The translations under genes were made by a program, and so were the position numbers. A model generated the notes under the pieces. That model saw nothing but the letters and a program-made list of their open reading frames with translations. It had not been told where the DNA came from and made no database searches. This document shows positions 1 to 9,415 of a DNA stretch of 64,000 bases, one piece after another. How positions within the stretch are numbered: position 1 is the stretch's first letter; each line of letters opens with the position of its first letter. Origin of the DNA: Spirochaetia bacterium (GTDB lineage: Bacteria > Spirochaetota > Spirochaetia > SZUA-6 > Bin103); NCBI GenBank assembly GCA_965198005.1, contig CBDAOI010000004.1, positions 1,536,001-1,600,000 on the forward strand, read 5' to 3'.

Positions 1-165
1 CCTCCACGCGATGCAGTCACAGCCGCTCTCACGCGGAACGTCGGCGGCCCAGATGACCTGCCCCTCCTGCTCGTAGCGGGAGATGTCGCGGACCGTGGTC
101 GTACGGAGTTGCGTGAACTCGCTGAGGAAACGGTACAGGGCTACGGCCCCTTCGCGGTCAGTCAC
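1..165 (-). CDS. N-terminus of a protein running off the window edge; resembles the N-terminus of large SF1-helicase/AAA-domain proteins
   Basis: GTG at 165 with GGAGG upstream; open frame MTDREGAVALYRFLSEFTQLRTTTVRDISRYEQEGQVIWAADVPRESGCDCIAWR to the edge. Family assignment is from recall only. Confidence 0.5.
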   Translation of the reverse strand, partial: MTDREGAVALYRFLSEFTQLRTTTVRDISRYEQEGQVIWAADVPRESGCDCIAWR

Positions 166-450
166 GGAGGCACCTCCAGAAAGCGAGTCTAATCTAACGA
201 ACGGCGTCGTGAATCTCCATATCGTGGCTGTGGTCCGCGGCGCCGGCGGCAGGCGGGCGATCCCCAAATGAGGGCGAGATCAGGCCCGCCCGGCACTCTG
301 CCGTCCGACAGCAGAAGCGTCCGGTGCGTCGCATCGCCGCCAAACGGGAGATCAATTCACCAGCTCGACGAACACCTCGAACGTCTCCCGGCATTCGCCG
401 GCGACGGCAGTGATCCGATAGGCTCCGCCCATTGGGACTGCGATACCGGC

Positions 451-853
451 ATTGCCCGATTCTCTCACCGCAACGCCGTCCAGAAACCAGGCGAGATCGG
501 GGTGGTTCCACTGACGGCGACATCCACCCCGAGGCCAGCATCGGCGAGCGGTTCTTCATCGACCACGGCACGGGAGTGGTGATCGGCGAGACCTGCGATC
601 GGGCGCAACGTGCGGGGATCTATCAGGGCGCCACGCTCGGGGCCAAGAGCCGCCCGCTGGACCGTCACGGCAGCCGGTGAAGGGGATACCGCGCCACCCG
701 ATCGTGGAAGACAGCGTGATCATCTACTCGGGGGCGACCATCCTGGGGCGCACGCGGCTCGGCCGGGGTTCGATCATCGGCGCCAACACGTGGGCGACGC
801 CGGACGTGGAGCCGGAATACAGCCTCTATCCGTCGGACGCCATGGTAGCATGA
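451..853 (+). pseudogene. cysE: Serine O-acetyltransferase C-terminal remnant, frameshifted
   Basis: [36 protein letters not shown], then in another frame [32 protein letters not shown]-terminal half absent. Confidence 0.85.
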
Positions 854-889
854 GCCCGCTGCCAAGGATTCTGGCATGTCTCTCGATCG

Positions 890-1250
890 TATCAATAGGG
901 TGTAAGTCTCGAATTGAGCGATTAGAGGGGGTCTGGTGCGACTCCAGGACAGGTTGGACGCGCGACGGTGACAAAGTGTCACGCGCCGGGAGGTAGCGGC
1001 TCCCAGCACCGGTACTGCGGCTGTCCCGGAGGCAGCGGTCGGCGTGATGGCAGGCGGGGGAAATGGGTGCGAGGTTTGCCCCGGTTTGGGCCGTTTGGGG
1101 TAGGGGGTAGCAAAGCCTCCCAGTCGATAGCACAATGGCTATGACTGGGAGGTCAACTATGGATAGGGTGTAGGTCTCGTATTGAGTGAATCAGAGGGGC
1201 AAGATCTGGTTTGGAGGACGATTGCAGCGCAGGGGTGACAAAGTGTCACG
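890..1250 (+). repeat. Two imperfect ~93-bp direct repeats, each ending in palindrome GTGACA-AAG-TGTCAC, with a hairpin between them
   Basis: 890-982 vs 1158-1249; palindromes at 968-982 and 1235-1249; hairpin cctcccagtc-g-atagc..gctat-gactgggagg at 1116-1152. Confidence 0.8.
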
Positions 1251-1543
1251 CAGGGCGGTGCGAGCGCGTGCGACCGCTGACCTCCTCGGGCGCGCCCGAG
1301 CGGGCGCGGGGTGCTCTCCAAAAAAAATCGAAAAATCGCTGTTGAGCGGCGTTTGGAGCTTGACACGGTTTTCACAGCTCGCCGCGGCCCCGCGCCAACC
1401 CACGCCACAATCTCCCGCACAAGCGGCGTAGCCTGCGCTGGAGCGGCCGCCAACCCAATCCGGCCCCGAAACTCCAAAATCGCCGAACCAAGCCCGTCAC
1501 GGCCGCGTACGGCCCCGTCCAAAACCGGGTGTACCATACAGCC

Positions 1544-3223
1544 ATGGAAACCGCCATGGAACAATCAGCATCCCGCACGGCGCCGCCACCGGCCCCGGCG
1601 CCGGCCGCCCCGCTCGACCTGGATCAGCTCGGCGACCGCATCGCCGAACTCTCCGCCCGCATCCAGGCCGCCACCTACGACCTGCTCTGTGACCTACGCG
1701 ACTTCGACCGCCGCCACGGCTGGGAAGGCTTCCGCTCCTGCGCCCACTGGCTCAACTGGCGCACCGGCCTCGACCTCGGCGCCGCGCGCGAGAAGCTGCG
1801 CGTGGCCGCCGCCCTGGCCGACCTCAACCACGTGAGCGCCGCCATGGCCTGCGGCGTGCTGTCCTATTCGAAGGTACGGGCGCTTTCTCGGGTGGCGACC
1901 CCGCTCACCGAGGCGCGGCTGCTGGCGGTGGCGTGCGGCGCGACCGCCGAGCAGGTGGAGCGGCTGGTGCGCGGCTGGCGGCGGGTGGACCGGGAGGCGG
2001 CGGCGGCCGGCGACGATGGCGCGCAGGTGCGCCTGGCGCGGCGCGGGTTGAGCCTGCGGGTGGACGAAGACGGGACGGTGGTGCTGCGCGGGCGGTTGCT
2101 GCCGGAGGTGGGGGCGGTGGTGCTGCGGGCGCTGGAGGCGGCGCTGGAGCAGGTGCCGGCGGCGGCGGCGGACGGCACGGAGTGCACTGCCTCGCAACGG
2201 CGCGCGGATGCGCTGGGGGTGGTGGCGGAGAGCGCGCTGGCCGGCAAGCTGGACCCGGGCGCGGCCGGTGACCGCTACCAGGTGACGGTGCACGTGGACG
2301 CGGCGGCGTTGGCCGCCGGTGAGACTGCCCCCGAGACTGCCTCCGACGCGCCGGAGATTTCCGCGGAAACGTGCGCCGGTGCTCCGGCCGCGGCAGCGAG
2401 CGCCCCGGCTGCGTCGGCAGCCGGCTGCGCGGCCGCTGACGCCGGCGCAGTTTCAGCGGAAACGCGGGGCACCGGCCGGACTGCGCCACCGGCGATGCCG
2501 GCAGCACCGTGCGCCGCCGGTGAGACTGCCGCCCAGCCGGTCGCACCGCCGGTCACCGCTCCCGTCGCGGACGCCCCTGAGCACACCGCCGCCGGCGCGC
2601 AGGTCCCCGCACCGGTGGCGCCGGCGCCGGCAGCCGACTCCACCCCCGCCGCCGGCGCGGCGGTCATCGAACAGGCGAATGGCATTCACCTCGCTGCGAC
2701 CGCAGCCCGCCGCATCGCCTGCGACGCCGGCCGCGTGCTGGTGACCCACGCTCCCGACGGCGCAGTCCTGGAGGTCGGGCGCAGAACGCGCACGGTGCCG
2801 ACTCCGTTGCGCCGCGCGCTGGAGGTCAGAGACCACCATCAGTGTCAGTTCCCCGGCTGCCAGCTCCGCCACTGCGACGCGCATCACGTCGTGCACTGGG
2901 CGGACGGCGGGGCGACGCGGCTCGAGAATCTCGTTTTGTGCTGTCGCTACCACCACCGGGCGGTGCACGAGGAGGGGTTTCAGGTGGTCTCTGACGGGGA
3001 TGGGCAGTTTGTGTTCCGGCGGCCGGATGGTACGCCGCTGCCGGCGGTGCCGGTGGCGCCGCGTTGGGAGGGAGCGCCGCTGGAGCCGACCGAGGCGCGG
3101 CTACGGCAGGCGGGGATCACGATCGGCCCGCATACGGCGACGCCGGAGTGGTACGGGGAGTCGCTCGACCTGGCGGCGTCGCTCGACGTGCTTTGGGAAC
3201 CGCCGCCGGCCGGCGGTTCATGA
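1544..3223 (+). CDS. DUF222 domain / HNH endonuclease (13E12-repeat-like family)
   Basis: N-terminal FDRRHGWEGFRSCAHWLNWRTG; RRIACDA..VLEVGRRTR; C-terminal RDHHQCQFPGC..CDAHHVVHWADGGATRLENLVLCCRYHHRAVH. TACCAT -10 lies 6 nt before ATG 1544. Confidence 0.92.
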   Translation: METAMEQSASRTAPPPAPAPAAPLDLDQLGDRIAELSARIQAATYDLLCDLRDFDRRHGWEGFRSCAHWLNWRTGLDLGAAREKLRVAAALADLNHVSAAMACGVLSYSKVRALSRVATPLTEARLLAVACGATAEQVERLVRGWRRVDREAAAAGDDGAQVRLARRGLSLRVDEDGTVVLRGRLLPEVGAVVLRALEAALEQVPAAAADGTECTASQRRADALGVVAESALAGKLDPGAAGDRYQVTVHVDAAALAAGETAPETASDAPEISAETCAGAPAAAASAPAASAAGCAAADAGAVSAETRGTGRTAPPAMPAAPCAAGETAAQPVAPPVTAPVADAPEHTAAGAQVPAPVAPAPAADSTPAAGAAVIEQANGIHLAATAARRIACDAGRVLVTHAPDGAVLEVGRRTRTVPTPLRRALEVRDHHQCQFPGCQLRHCDAHHVVHWADGGATRLENLVLCCRYHHRAVHEEGFQVVSDGDGQFVFRRPDGTPLPAVPVAPRWEGAPLEPTEARLRQAGITIGPHTATPEWYGESLDLAASLDVLWEPPPAGGS

Positions 3224-3347
3224 CGGCCGCGCCACCTGCCGGCGGGATGCGCCCGCGCATGGTCGAGCTGGCACACGGCCGTGCTGCCTTGACCGGTCAA
3301 TTTGAGACCTACGCCGTATCAATAGGCGCGTCGCTGATGGCACACGG

Positions 3348-3617
3348 TCATCGACGCTTCCGGATTGCAGACGGTGGACTGAAGGGCTCGATCCGGGGAT
3401 TGGAGTAAGGACCTTCCACTTGCCATCCCGAACCACTCCGAACCTTGGCCGCCGCGCTGTCCGCCACGAGGATCGTGAACAGGCCCTCGTCAGAGTCGAT
3501 CTCTACAACACCGAAGCTCTCGTCGAATTCCGCCGCGGTGAGTCCGTATCGAGAACGCACCGACGCTACGGTCGGCCGCTTCCCTTTCGCGCGAATTGTG
3601 AGCATTACTCCGCTCAT
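3348..3617 (-). CDS. Small hypothetical protein immediately downstream of the S8 peptidase
   Basis: 89-aa ORF with protein-like composition, starting 9 nt after the peptidase stop. Confidence 0.6.
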   Translation of the reverse strand: MSGVMLTIRAKGKRPTVASVRSRYGLTAAEFDESFGVVEIDSDEGLFTILVADSAAAKVRSGSGWQVEGPYSNPRIEPFSPPSAIRKRR

Positions 3618-3626
3618 GAATTCATC

Positions 3627-4560
3627 CTAACCACATGCGAACCGGTCGGCGATCCAGCAACCGTTCACGGTGCCCCATCCGTACTCGAAGTCGTAGCCGA
3701 TACCACCGGCTTCCTTGGCGCTCTTAGTGAGTATGTCCCGTACGGCCGCCGGGGATGTTTCGGGTCGGGACGGGTCGTACGGGAGCTTTGTACGCAGCGC
3801 CGCCACGACACCGGCCACGACAGGTGTGGCAGCCGATGTGCCCGCATCCGCCGCGTACACGCCGGAGCCCTTGAAGTGGGTGTATCCCGCGAGATCCGGC
3901 TTGCGCCGTGCCAGACGGCCCGGTCCGATGCTAGAGTATCCCACGCGGTTCCTGGTCACGTCGACACCGGCGACACACGTCACCTGGGGATGAGAGTTCG
4001 CGCCGTAAATCGTGTTCGCCGTGATGTTCTGGCATCGCGGATCGGGGCAGTCCGGGCCGCAGTTGCCCGCAGCAAACAGGATGTCGGCGCCCGCGCGTTC
4101 CAGGACTCCTACGATGCGATTGAACGGATGGTTCTGATTGTCGCTGTAGTTGCCGGGCAGTCGGCGTATACGCCGACCACGCTCTCGCTGGCCTTCACTT
4201 CCCTGTTGAACGCGGATTGCGCCTTGTCGGCAACGGACCCACGCAGGAGGTATGTCGCGTGTTTCGGGTCCAGGTCGGGTACGTATGTCGGCAACGGACC
4301 CACGCGTGTTTCGGGTCCAGGTCGGGTACGTAGCGTTCGCTCACGTCGAGCGAATTCGTCGGCGGTCCGATGGGCATGCGTGCGGGTACGTCAATCGGGG
4401 CGAACGTCGTGTCCCATTCAATCGCGCTCAGCGTGGGAGCCGCCTTGTCGTCGAGGCTGCGCTTCCCTGCGAATCCTGCCGTTCGACAAGCTTCGTGTAG
4501 TTCGTCGGAGTGTTTTGCTTCGACAATGACTTGAAATGGTCTATCGGACGCTTGACGCAC
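3627..4560 (-). pseudogene. S8 (subtilisin-like) serine peptidase, internally deleted
   Basis: ILFAAGN (oxyanion Asn), KPDLAG and GTSAATPVVAGVVAAL (catalytic Ser); no catalytic Asp/His segment seen; frames broken; local duplication at 4226-4332. Confidence 0.8.
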
Positions 4561-4674
4561 CTCTCGCCTCCTTGAGCGGTCGTCGACCTCGTCTTTGTCA
4601 ATCGGCCCGCGGAATTTCGAGAGTTACATTGAGATGTATTGTGTCGCTTGTCAACGCCCCAGTGGGCGCAAACG

Positions 4675-4870
4675 CCGCCGGATGACGGTTGCTGGAGCGC
4701 ATCTCGGCGCCGGAGTGCCAACCGCGGGGCGTATGGTGGCTCCGCCATCGACGCCGAATTGCAGGCCGAGGGTGAGCGAGTCGGACAGCAGCGGGTGGCG
4801 AGGCTGATGCAGCAGGACCGGCAGCGAACGGGTCAGTCGCCGCGCTCGGCCAGCACCACAACGCGTGACG
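4675..4870 (+). mobile_element. IS3-family transposase remnant (HTH-like region)
   Basis: NRGAYGGSAIDAELQAEGERVGQQRVARLMQQ matches the IS3 OrfB 'YG..RI.AEL...G..V...RVARLM' pattern. Confidence 0.7.
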
Positions 4871-4956
4871 CGGTGTCTGAGCGACTGACCGCGCTGCGCA
4901 GGTTGGCCGGGATGATCACCTGGACGCCGCCGCCGTAGTAGTGCAGCGCCCGCTCG

Positions 4957-5274
4957 TTGGAGCGGATCCAGTCCTCACGTTGTTGCGTGGCGCTTGGTCT
5001 CCACATAGGTCAGTTCGCTGGCCCCGAGGATCGCCACGAACGTTTCCACCGGCTGCGCCGCGTTCAATACCCCTTGACGTTGACCAGATTGAAGGCCGAT
5101 CCTCTGTTGTCAGGGTTCACAGAAGAACAGATAGAGACGACTCTCTACCAGATGGAATTGGGCAATCTCGTCCGCTCTGAAAACATGGAGCGAGCGGTCG
5201 ACGGGAACGACAGGATTATCCAGATAGCAGAGTCTGGTATGCGTATAGTCGAGCGAGATTGTGTTCCTATGTGA
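4957..5274 (+). CDS. Hypothetical protein or fragment, lower GC
   Basis: ORF with protein-like composition; start uncertain. Confidence 0.35.
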   Translation: MERIQSSRCCVALGLHIGQFAGPEDRHERFHRLRRVQYPLTLTRLKADPLLSGFTEEQIETTLYQMELGNLVRSENMERAVDGNDRIIQIAESGMRIVERDCVPM

Positions 5275-5276
5275 TC

Positions 5277-5590
5277 GTCCATGCCGAGCCGCCTGCGCGA
5301 GGCGGTGATCAAGAATACCATGCCCGAGCATCTGGTCGGGCATGGGTCGCGCGACTCGACGGCGATCGAGGGGCGCGAGAAAGCGACGCCGAAACCGCCG
5401 TCTCGGGCCAAGCCCAGGCGCAAGCCGGGCGTCCGTGCAGGGGCGAGGAACGACCGAATGATGAGCCGACACGTCTACATCGGCAGCGGGAAATGACGCC
5501 GGCACAGAATGCTCGACGACCTGCCCCAGGCGTGTGATGTCGGCACCAATCGCAACGCCAAGAGATACCAGCAATCCTGGATCGGGCTGC
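5277..5590 (+). mobile_element. DDE transposase remnant (IS5/IS1182-like)
   Basis: HLVGHGSRDSTAIEGREK and MLDDLPQACDVGTNRNAKRYQQSWIG in broken frames. Confidence 0.65.
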
Positions 5591-5659
5591 CGGCTCGTTC
5601 GGACGGTGAGACTCACGACCGCTTCGGCGGTTACTCGGCCGCTCGGCGAGAGCGGCAAA

Positions 5660-6409
5660 TCAGTCGGACGCGGTCAGGACCTCGGTGTGATCGGCGAAGA
5701 TCGCGATGGTGTGCTCGAAGTGGGCGGAGGGCCGACCGTCGCTGGTGACCACGGTCCAGCCGTCGGACAGCACCTCGGTGTCGCCGGTGCCGAGGTTGAG
5801 CATCGGCTCGACCGCCAGCACCATGCCCGGCTTCAGGCGCGGGTTGTTGCCGCGGCCGGGAACGTTGGGAATCTGCGGCTCTTCGTGCACCGCGAACCCC
5901 AGCCCGTGGCCGCAGTACTGGCGCACCACGCCATACCCGGCGCGATGGGCGTGATTGAAAATGGCGCGTGAGACGTCCTTTACCCGGTTGCCGGCCACCG
6001 CCTGCTCGATGCCGCGCCACAGGCACTGCTCGGTCGTGTCCACCAGTTTGCGCAGCTCGGCCGAGATCGTCCCCACCGGCACGGTCAACGCGGCGTCACT
6101 GAAGTAACCGTCGATCTCGACCCCGAGGTCGAGGCCGACGATGTCGCCCTCCCGCAAGCGCCGGTTGCCCGGTATGCCGTGGATCACCGCGTCATTGATC
6201 GAGACGCAGATCGCGGCCGGATAGTCCATGTAGCCCAGGAACGCCGGTCGCGCGTTGCGGGCTGCGAGGTGGGCCGCCGCCAAGTCGTTGAGTTGACGCG
6301 CGCTTATGCCCACGGCGACGTGGGCGCGCAGCAGCATCAGGGTCTCCCGGAGAACGGTGGCCGTTTCTCGAATCCGGTCGATTTCGGCCGGGCTCTTCAG
6401 GCTCGTCAT
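5660..6409 (-). CDS. map: Type I methionine aminopeptidase
   Basis: CVSINDAVIHGIP, GDIVGLDLG..DGYFSDAA, GHGLG..VHEEP, AVEPM, SAHFEHT. Confidence 0.97.
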   Translation of the reverse strand: MTSLKSPAEIDRIRETATVLRETLMLLRAHVAVGISARQLNDLAAAHLAARNARPAFLGYMDYPAAICVSINDAVIHGIPGNRRLREGDIVGLDLGVEIDGYFSDAALTVPVGTISAELRKLVDTTEQCLWRGIEQAVAGNRVKDVSRAIFNHAHRAGYGVVRQYCGHGLGFAVHEEPQIPNVPGRGNNPRLKPGMVLAVEPMLNLGTGDTEVLSDGWTVVTSDGRPSAHFEHTIAIFADHTEVLTASD

Positions 6410-6861
6410 CCAGCTTCGGCAACACGATTCCGGTCGACCCGCAAGGGGGCCTTCTTGGGACCTTCAAACGCCTCGGCGGCGTCGGCTCCGTAGGAACTGG
6501 TAACGGTTTCCACGACCTGGTCGGGGTTGTCCGGCGTAATCGTGACGTTGCCGCTGGTCACCACTCCCGGCTCCAGCGTCAGTTTGGGGGTGGTGATGTT
6601 GCCCAGGATCTTGCCGGTTTGCATCACGTAGACCTCTTCGGTAGCGGTGATGTTCCCGATCAGGGTGCCGGCAACGACCACCCGGGTGGTGGAGACGTCG
6701 GTCTTCGCCTGCCCGGAGCGGCCCACCACGACCTCACCGCTGCTGAGCACCGTTCCCTGAAACTTGCCTTCGATGTGAATCGTGCCGCTGATCTGAAACC
6801 GGCCGTCGAAGATCGAACCCTCGCCGATGATGCAGTTCGCCGTGTTTTTTTTGATTGCCAT
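6406..6861 (-). CDS. Bactofilin (polymer-forming cytoskeletal protein)
   Basis: IIGEGSIFDG..IHIEGKFQG..VVVAGTLIGNITA..GKILGNITTPKLTLEPG; GAGG before ATG 6861. Confidence 0.9.
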   Translation of the reverse strand: MAIKKNTANCIIGEGSIFDGRFQISGTIHIEGKFQGTVLSSGEVVVGRSGQAKTDVSTTRVVVAGTLIGNITATEEVYVMQTGKILGNITTPKLTLEPGVVTSGNVTITPDNPDQVVETVTSSYGADAAEAFEGPKKAPLRVDRNRVAEAG

Positions 6862-6981
6862 GCGTTTCCTCAGGTCCGCGGACCACGCCCGATCATACTC
6901 GTGAGGCGCCGGCGTGGCAACCAATGGACGGCGGGGGATTGGCGTTGCTATTGTTAGTGTCAGGTCAGGCGAGGGGGAAGC

Positions 6982-7329
6982 GTGAACGAGATCGTACCGA
7001 GAGAGCAGGTCTCAAAGCAGGGGGTAAGGGCCGCGGGCGGCATCGCCGGCGGCATCGGGTTGTTGGTGCTGACCGCGCTGCCGCCGCTGGTAGGCGCCAT
7101 CGCGGGCGCTCTGCTGGTCGTTCTGGGGGTCAGCCAGTCCCGCTCCAAGGAGGATCGCCGCCCCGGCTGGCTGCTGGCGGCCGCCGGCGCGGCCGCGCTC
7201 GTGGCCAGCGTCGTGCCCGGGATCGGCGCTGTGGGCGGCACCCTGCTGACCCTGTCCGGCATCGGGCTGCTGGCTACCGGGGGCTACAACCTGTACCAGT
7301 TCATGCGCAATCTGCGGCGCCGGATGTAG
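6982..7329 (+). CDS. Small membrane protein
   Basis: Several hydrophobic segments; SD GAGGGG before GTG. Confidence 0.75.
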   Translation: MNEIVPREQVSKQGVRAAGGIAGGIGLLVLTALPPLVGAIAGALLVVLGVSQSRSKEDRRPGWLLAAAGAAALVASVVPGIGAVGGTLLTLSGIGLLATGGYNLYQFMRNLRRRM

Positions 7330-7388
7330 GCGGCCCGTGCTGCCGGAATCGAATCCTGCGCCACGTCCCGCGTGCCGATAATCAACCC

Positions 7389-7934
7389 GTGAGCAAGCGG
7401 TCACGTCGCAAGAGCCCGGAGTCCGGACCAGCGCCGGCCGTGCGGCGCCGCGTACGTCCGGCTCGGGTGCGGGCCGCTGCGCGCCAGCCGATCCCCTGGA
7501 AGATGATCGGGTTCATCGTCCTGCTGATCCTGTTCACCGCCTTCACGGCGCTGAACCTCGAGCACCGGTCGGACGTCAACATCGGCCTGTATACGTTCAA
7601 GCAGGTACCGGTGTTCCTGACCGGGCTGGTTGCGTTCATCCTTGGTTCCATCCTCGTGCTGCCGCTCGCGCTGCGCCGGCCGCCGCCGGGGCGTCCCGCC
7701 CCGCCCGCGCAGTTGCCGCCGGCGCGGAGCGCGGAGCCTGACGGTGCCGCGGCCGAGCCGGCCGAACCGGGACCGCCCGCGGAACCCACGCCGGCCATGG
7801 CTGATGCGGCCGGCGAGGCTGACCAGCCGGCGCCGCCGGCCCCGGTAGAAAGCGCCGACGGAGCGCCCCCGCGCCGGCGCCGGTGGCCGTTGCGACGCGA
7901 TCGGGATTCGGAGTCGGAGTCGGAGTCGGAGTGA
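7389..7934 (+). CDS. LapA-family-like membrane protein with Pro/Ala-rich tail
   Basis: ILFTAFTALNL..VNIGLYTFKQVPVFLTGLVAFILG two-TM pattern; GATAAT 6 nt before GTG 7389. Confidence 0.7.
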   Translation: MSKRSRRKSPESGPAPAVRRRVRPARVRAAARQPIPWKMIGFIVLLILFTAFTALNLEHRSDVNIGLYTFKQVPVFLTGLVAFILGSILVLPLALRRPPPGRPAPPAQLPPARSAEPDGAAAEPAEPGPPAEPTPAMADAAGEADQPAPPAPVESADGAPPRRRRWPLRRDRDSESESESE

Positions 7935-9415
7935 CCCCCGCAACCGGGCCGGCGGCCGCGGTGCGCCGCCGCCGGCGCCTGCTGATCGTGCTGGCAAGCA
8001 TGACAGTCTGCCTGCGGCCCGGATTTGCCGCCGAGCCGCCGAGCGACCGCGCGGCCGAGCTCGCGGCCGCGGGCGACTTCGCGGCTGCCATCGAGGTGGT
8101 GGATCAGTGGCTGACGCAGCATCCGGGTGATCCACGGCTGTACCCCATGCTGGTGCAGGTGGTGGCGACGGCGCCGCGGTCGGGCACGGCCCGCGCTTTG
8201 CTGGAGCACTACGGCCGGTTGCTGTCGGCGGAGCAGGCCGGAGTGCTGCGCGCGGCGCCGGCGGACTGGGCCGAGTTGCGCGGGGCCGTGGAGCAGGCGA
8301 TTACCGCACTGGAGCCGGGCGTGCCGGACGCCGCCGAGCGGCGCCAGGTGCTCCTGCTGGAACTGGGCCGGAGTCCGAGCGAACCGGAGGTAGACCCGAT
8401 GGTCGCGTCGGTGGCGGTAACGGCCGGGGCGGCACGGTACGCGGACTGGCATCAGAGTGACGGAATAGAGACGCGGTTGCGCGCCGCGTTCACCTTCGCA
8501 CCCGACCCCGAAGATGGCGGCACCACCGGGGTGATCGCCGGCTACGGACTGGTGTCGCTGCTCGCAACCAGTGGTCGGAACGGGGAGGCGCATACGGTGT
8601 TGGAACAATTGCGTGAGCGTTATCCCCGCAGTCCGGAGTACGCGCTCGCCGCGGTGGAGCTGGACGCTGTCGCCGCCGGCGGATCCCGGTGGCCGCGGAT
8701 CCTGCCGTTGCCGTCACCTGCCATGTTGCTGGGAGCACTGCGCTTGCCCGCGGCAGATCTCGCCGGGGCGGCGCCGTCCGCGCCGGTTGTCCAGCTCGCC
8801 CCCGCCGCGGCGGCGCCGATCGCACCGGAGGAGCCGGCCGCGCAGCCGAAACCTGGCGTGCGCCCTGCACCGGTTGGCGTGGCGGAGCCGCCGCCTCGGG
8901 AACGCGTTGCGGCGGCCGCGCCTGGCGTGCGTCGGGAACCGGAGCCGCTTGCCGGCCATGCAGCCGCGCCGTCGCCGGGATCGGTGACGGTCGCCACGAG
9001 CAGTCCGGTGCGACCGTCGTTCGGGCGAACCAGGTGGACGGAGCCGGTCGAGAGCCCCGCGGCGGAGGCCGTCGAGTCCTCTCCCACGCCGGCGGCGAGC
9101 CGCCCGCACGTCGGACCGATCACGGTCTCGGCCGTGCCGGATCCCGCGGTCTACTTCGTCGAGGTCGGCCGCTTCCACGACTCCGAGAAAGCGCTCGGCA
9201 TGGCCCGCGCCCTGCGCGTAGTGGGATATTCCGCCGCGGTGCGCGAGCGGCTGCAACCGGATGGGGCGGCCATGCAGGTCGTGGCGGTGAGCCGCAACCT
9301 CACGCGCGGGCAGGCCGAACGGTTGCTCATGCGGTTGCGCACCGCCGGCTACGACGGCCAGCTCAATCGGCGGACCCTGCACGAGGCTCTGCGCCGGCCT
9401 GATCGTCAGGGGTGA
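7931..9415 (+). CDS. SPOR-domain protein with TPR-like N-terminus
   Basis: Signal peptide; C-terminal YFVEVGRFHDSEKA..LRVVGYSA..AERLLMRLRTAGYDG. Confidence 0.8.
   Translation: MTPATGPAAAVRRRRRLLIVLASMTVCLRPGFAAEPPSDRAAELAAAGDFAAAIEVVDQWLTQHPGDPRLYPMLVQVVATAPRSGTARALLEHYGRLLSAEQAGVLRAAPADWAELRGAVEQAITALEPGVPDAAERRQVLLLELGRSPSEPEVDPMVASVAVTAGAARYADWHQSDGIETRLRAAFTFAPDPEDGGTTGVIAGYGLVSLLATSGRNGEAHTVLEQLRERYPRSPEYALAAVELDAVAAGGSRWPRILPLPSPAMLLGALRLPAADLAGAAPSAPVVQLAPAAAAPIAPEEPAAQPKPGVRPAPVGVAEPPPRERVAAAAPGVRREPEPLAGHAAAPSPGSVTVATSSPVRPSFGRTRWTEPVESPAAEAVESSPTPAASRPHVGPITVSAVPDPAVYFVEVGRFHDSEKALGMARALRVVGYSAAVRERLQPDGAAMQVVAVSRNLTRGQAERLLMRLRTAGYDGQLNRRTLHEALRRPDRQG

Larger units (their letters stand above)
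888..3326. mobile_element. Candidate DUF222-HNH element bounded by a 12-bp direct repeat and inner inverted arms
   Basis: CGTATCAATAGG at 888-899 and 3315-3326; inner arms ggtgtaagtctcgaattga (899-917) vs reverse complement of 3297-3315 ggcgtaggtctcaaattga, 16/19 identical. Confidence 0.6.

Noticed and set aside
2357-2465. parS sites
   Set aside because: Central bases differ from the GTTTCACGTGAAAC consensus and no parAB is nearby.
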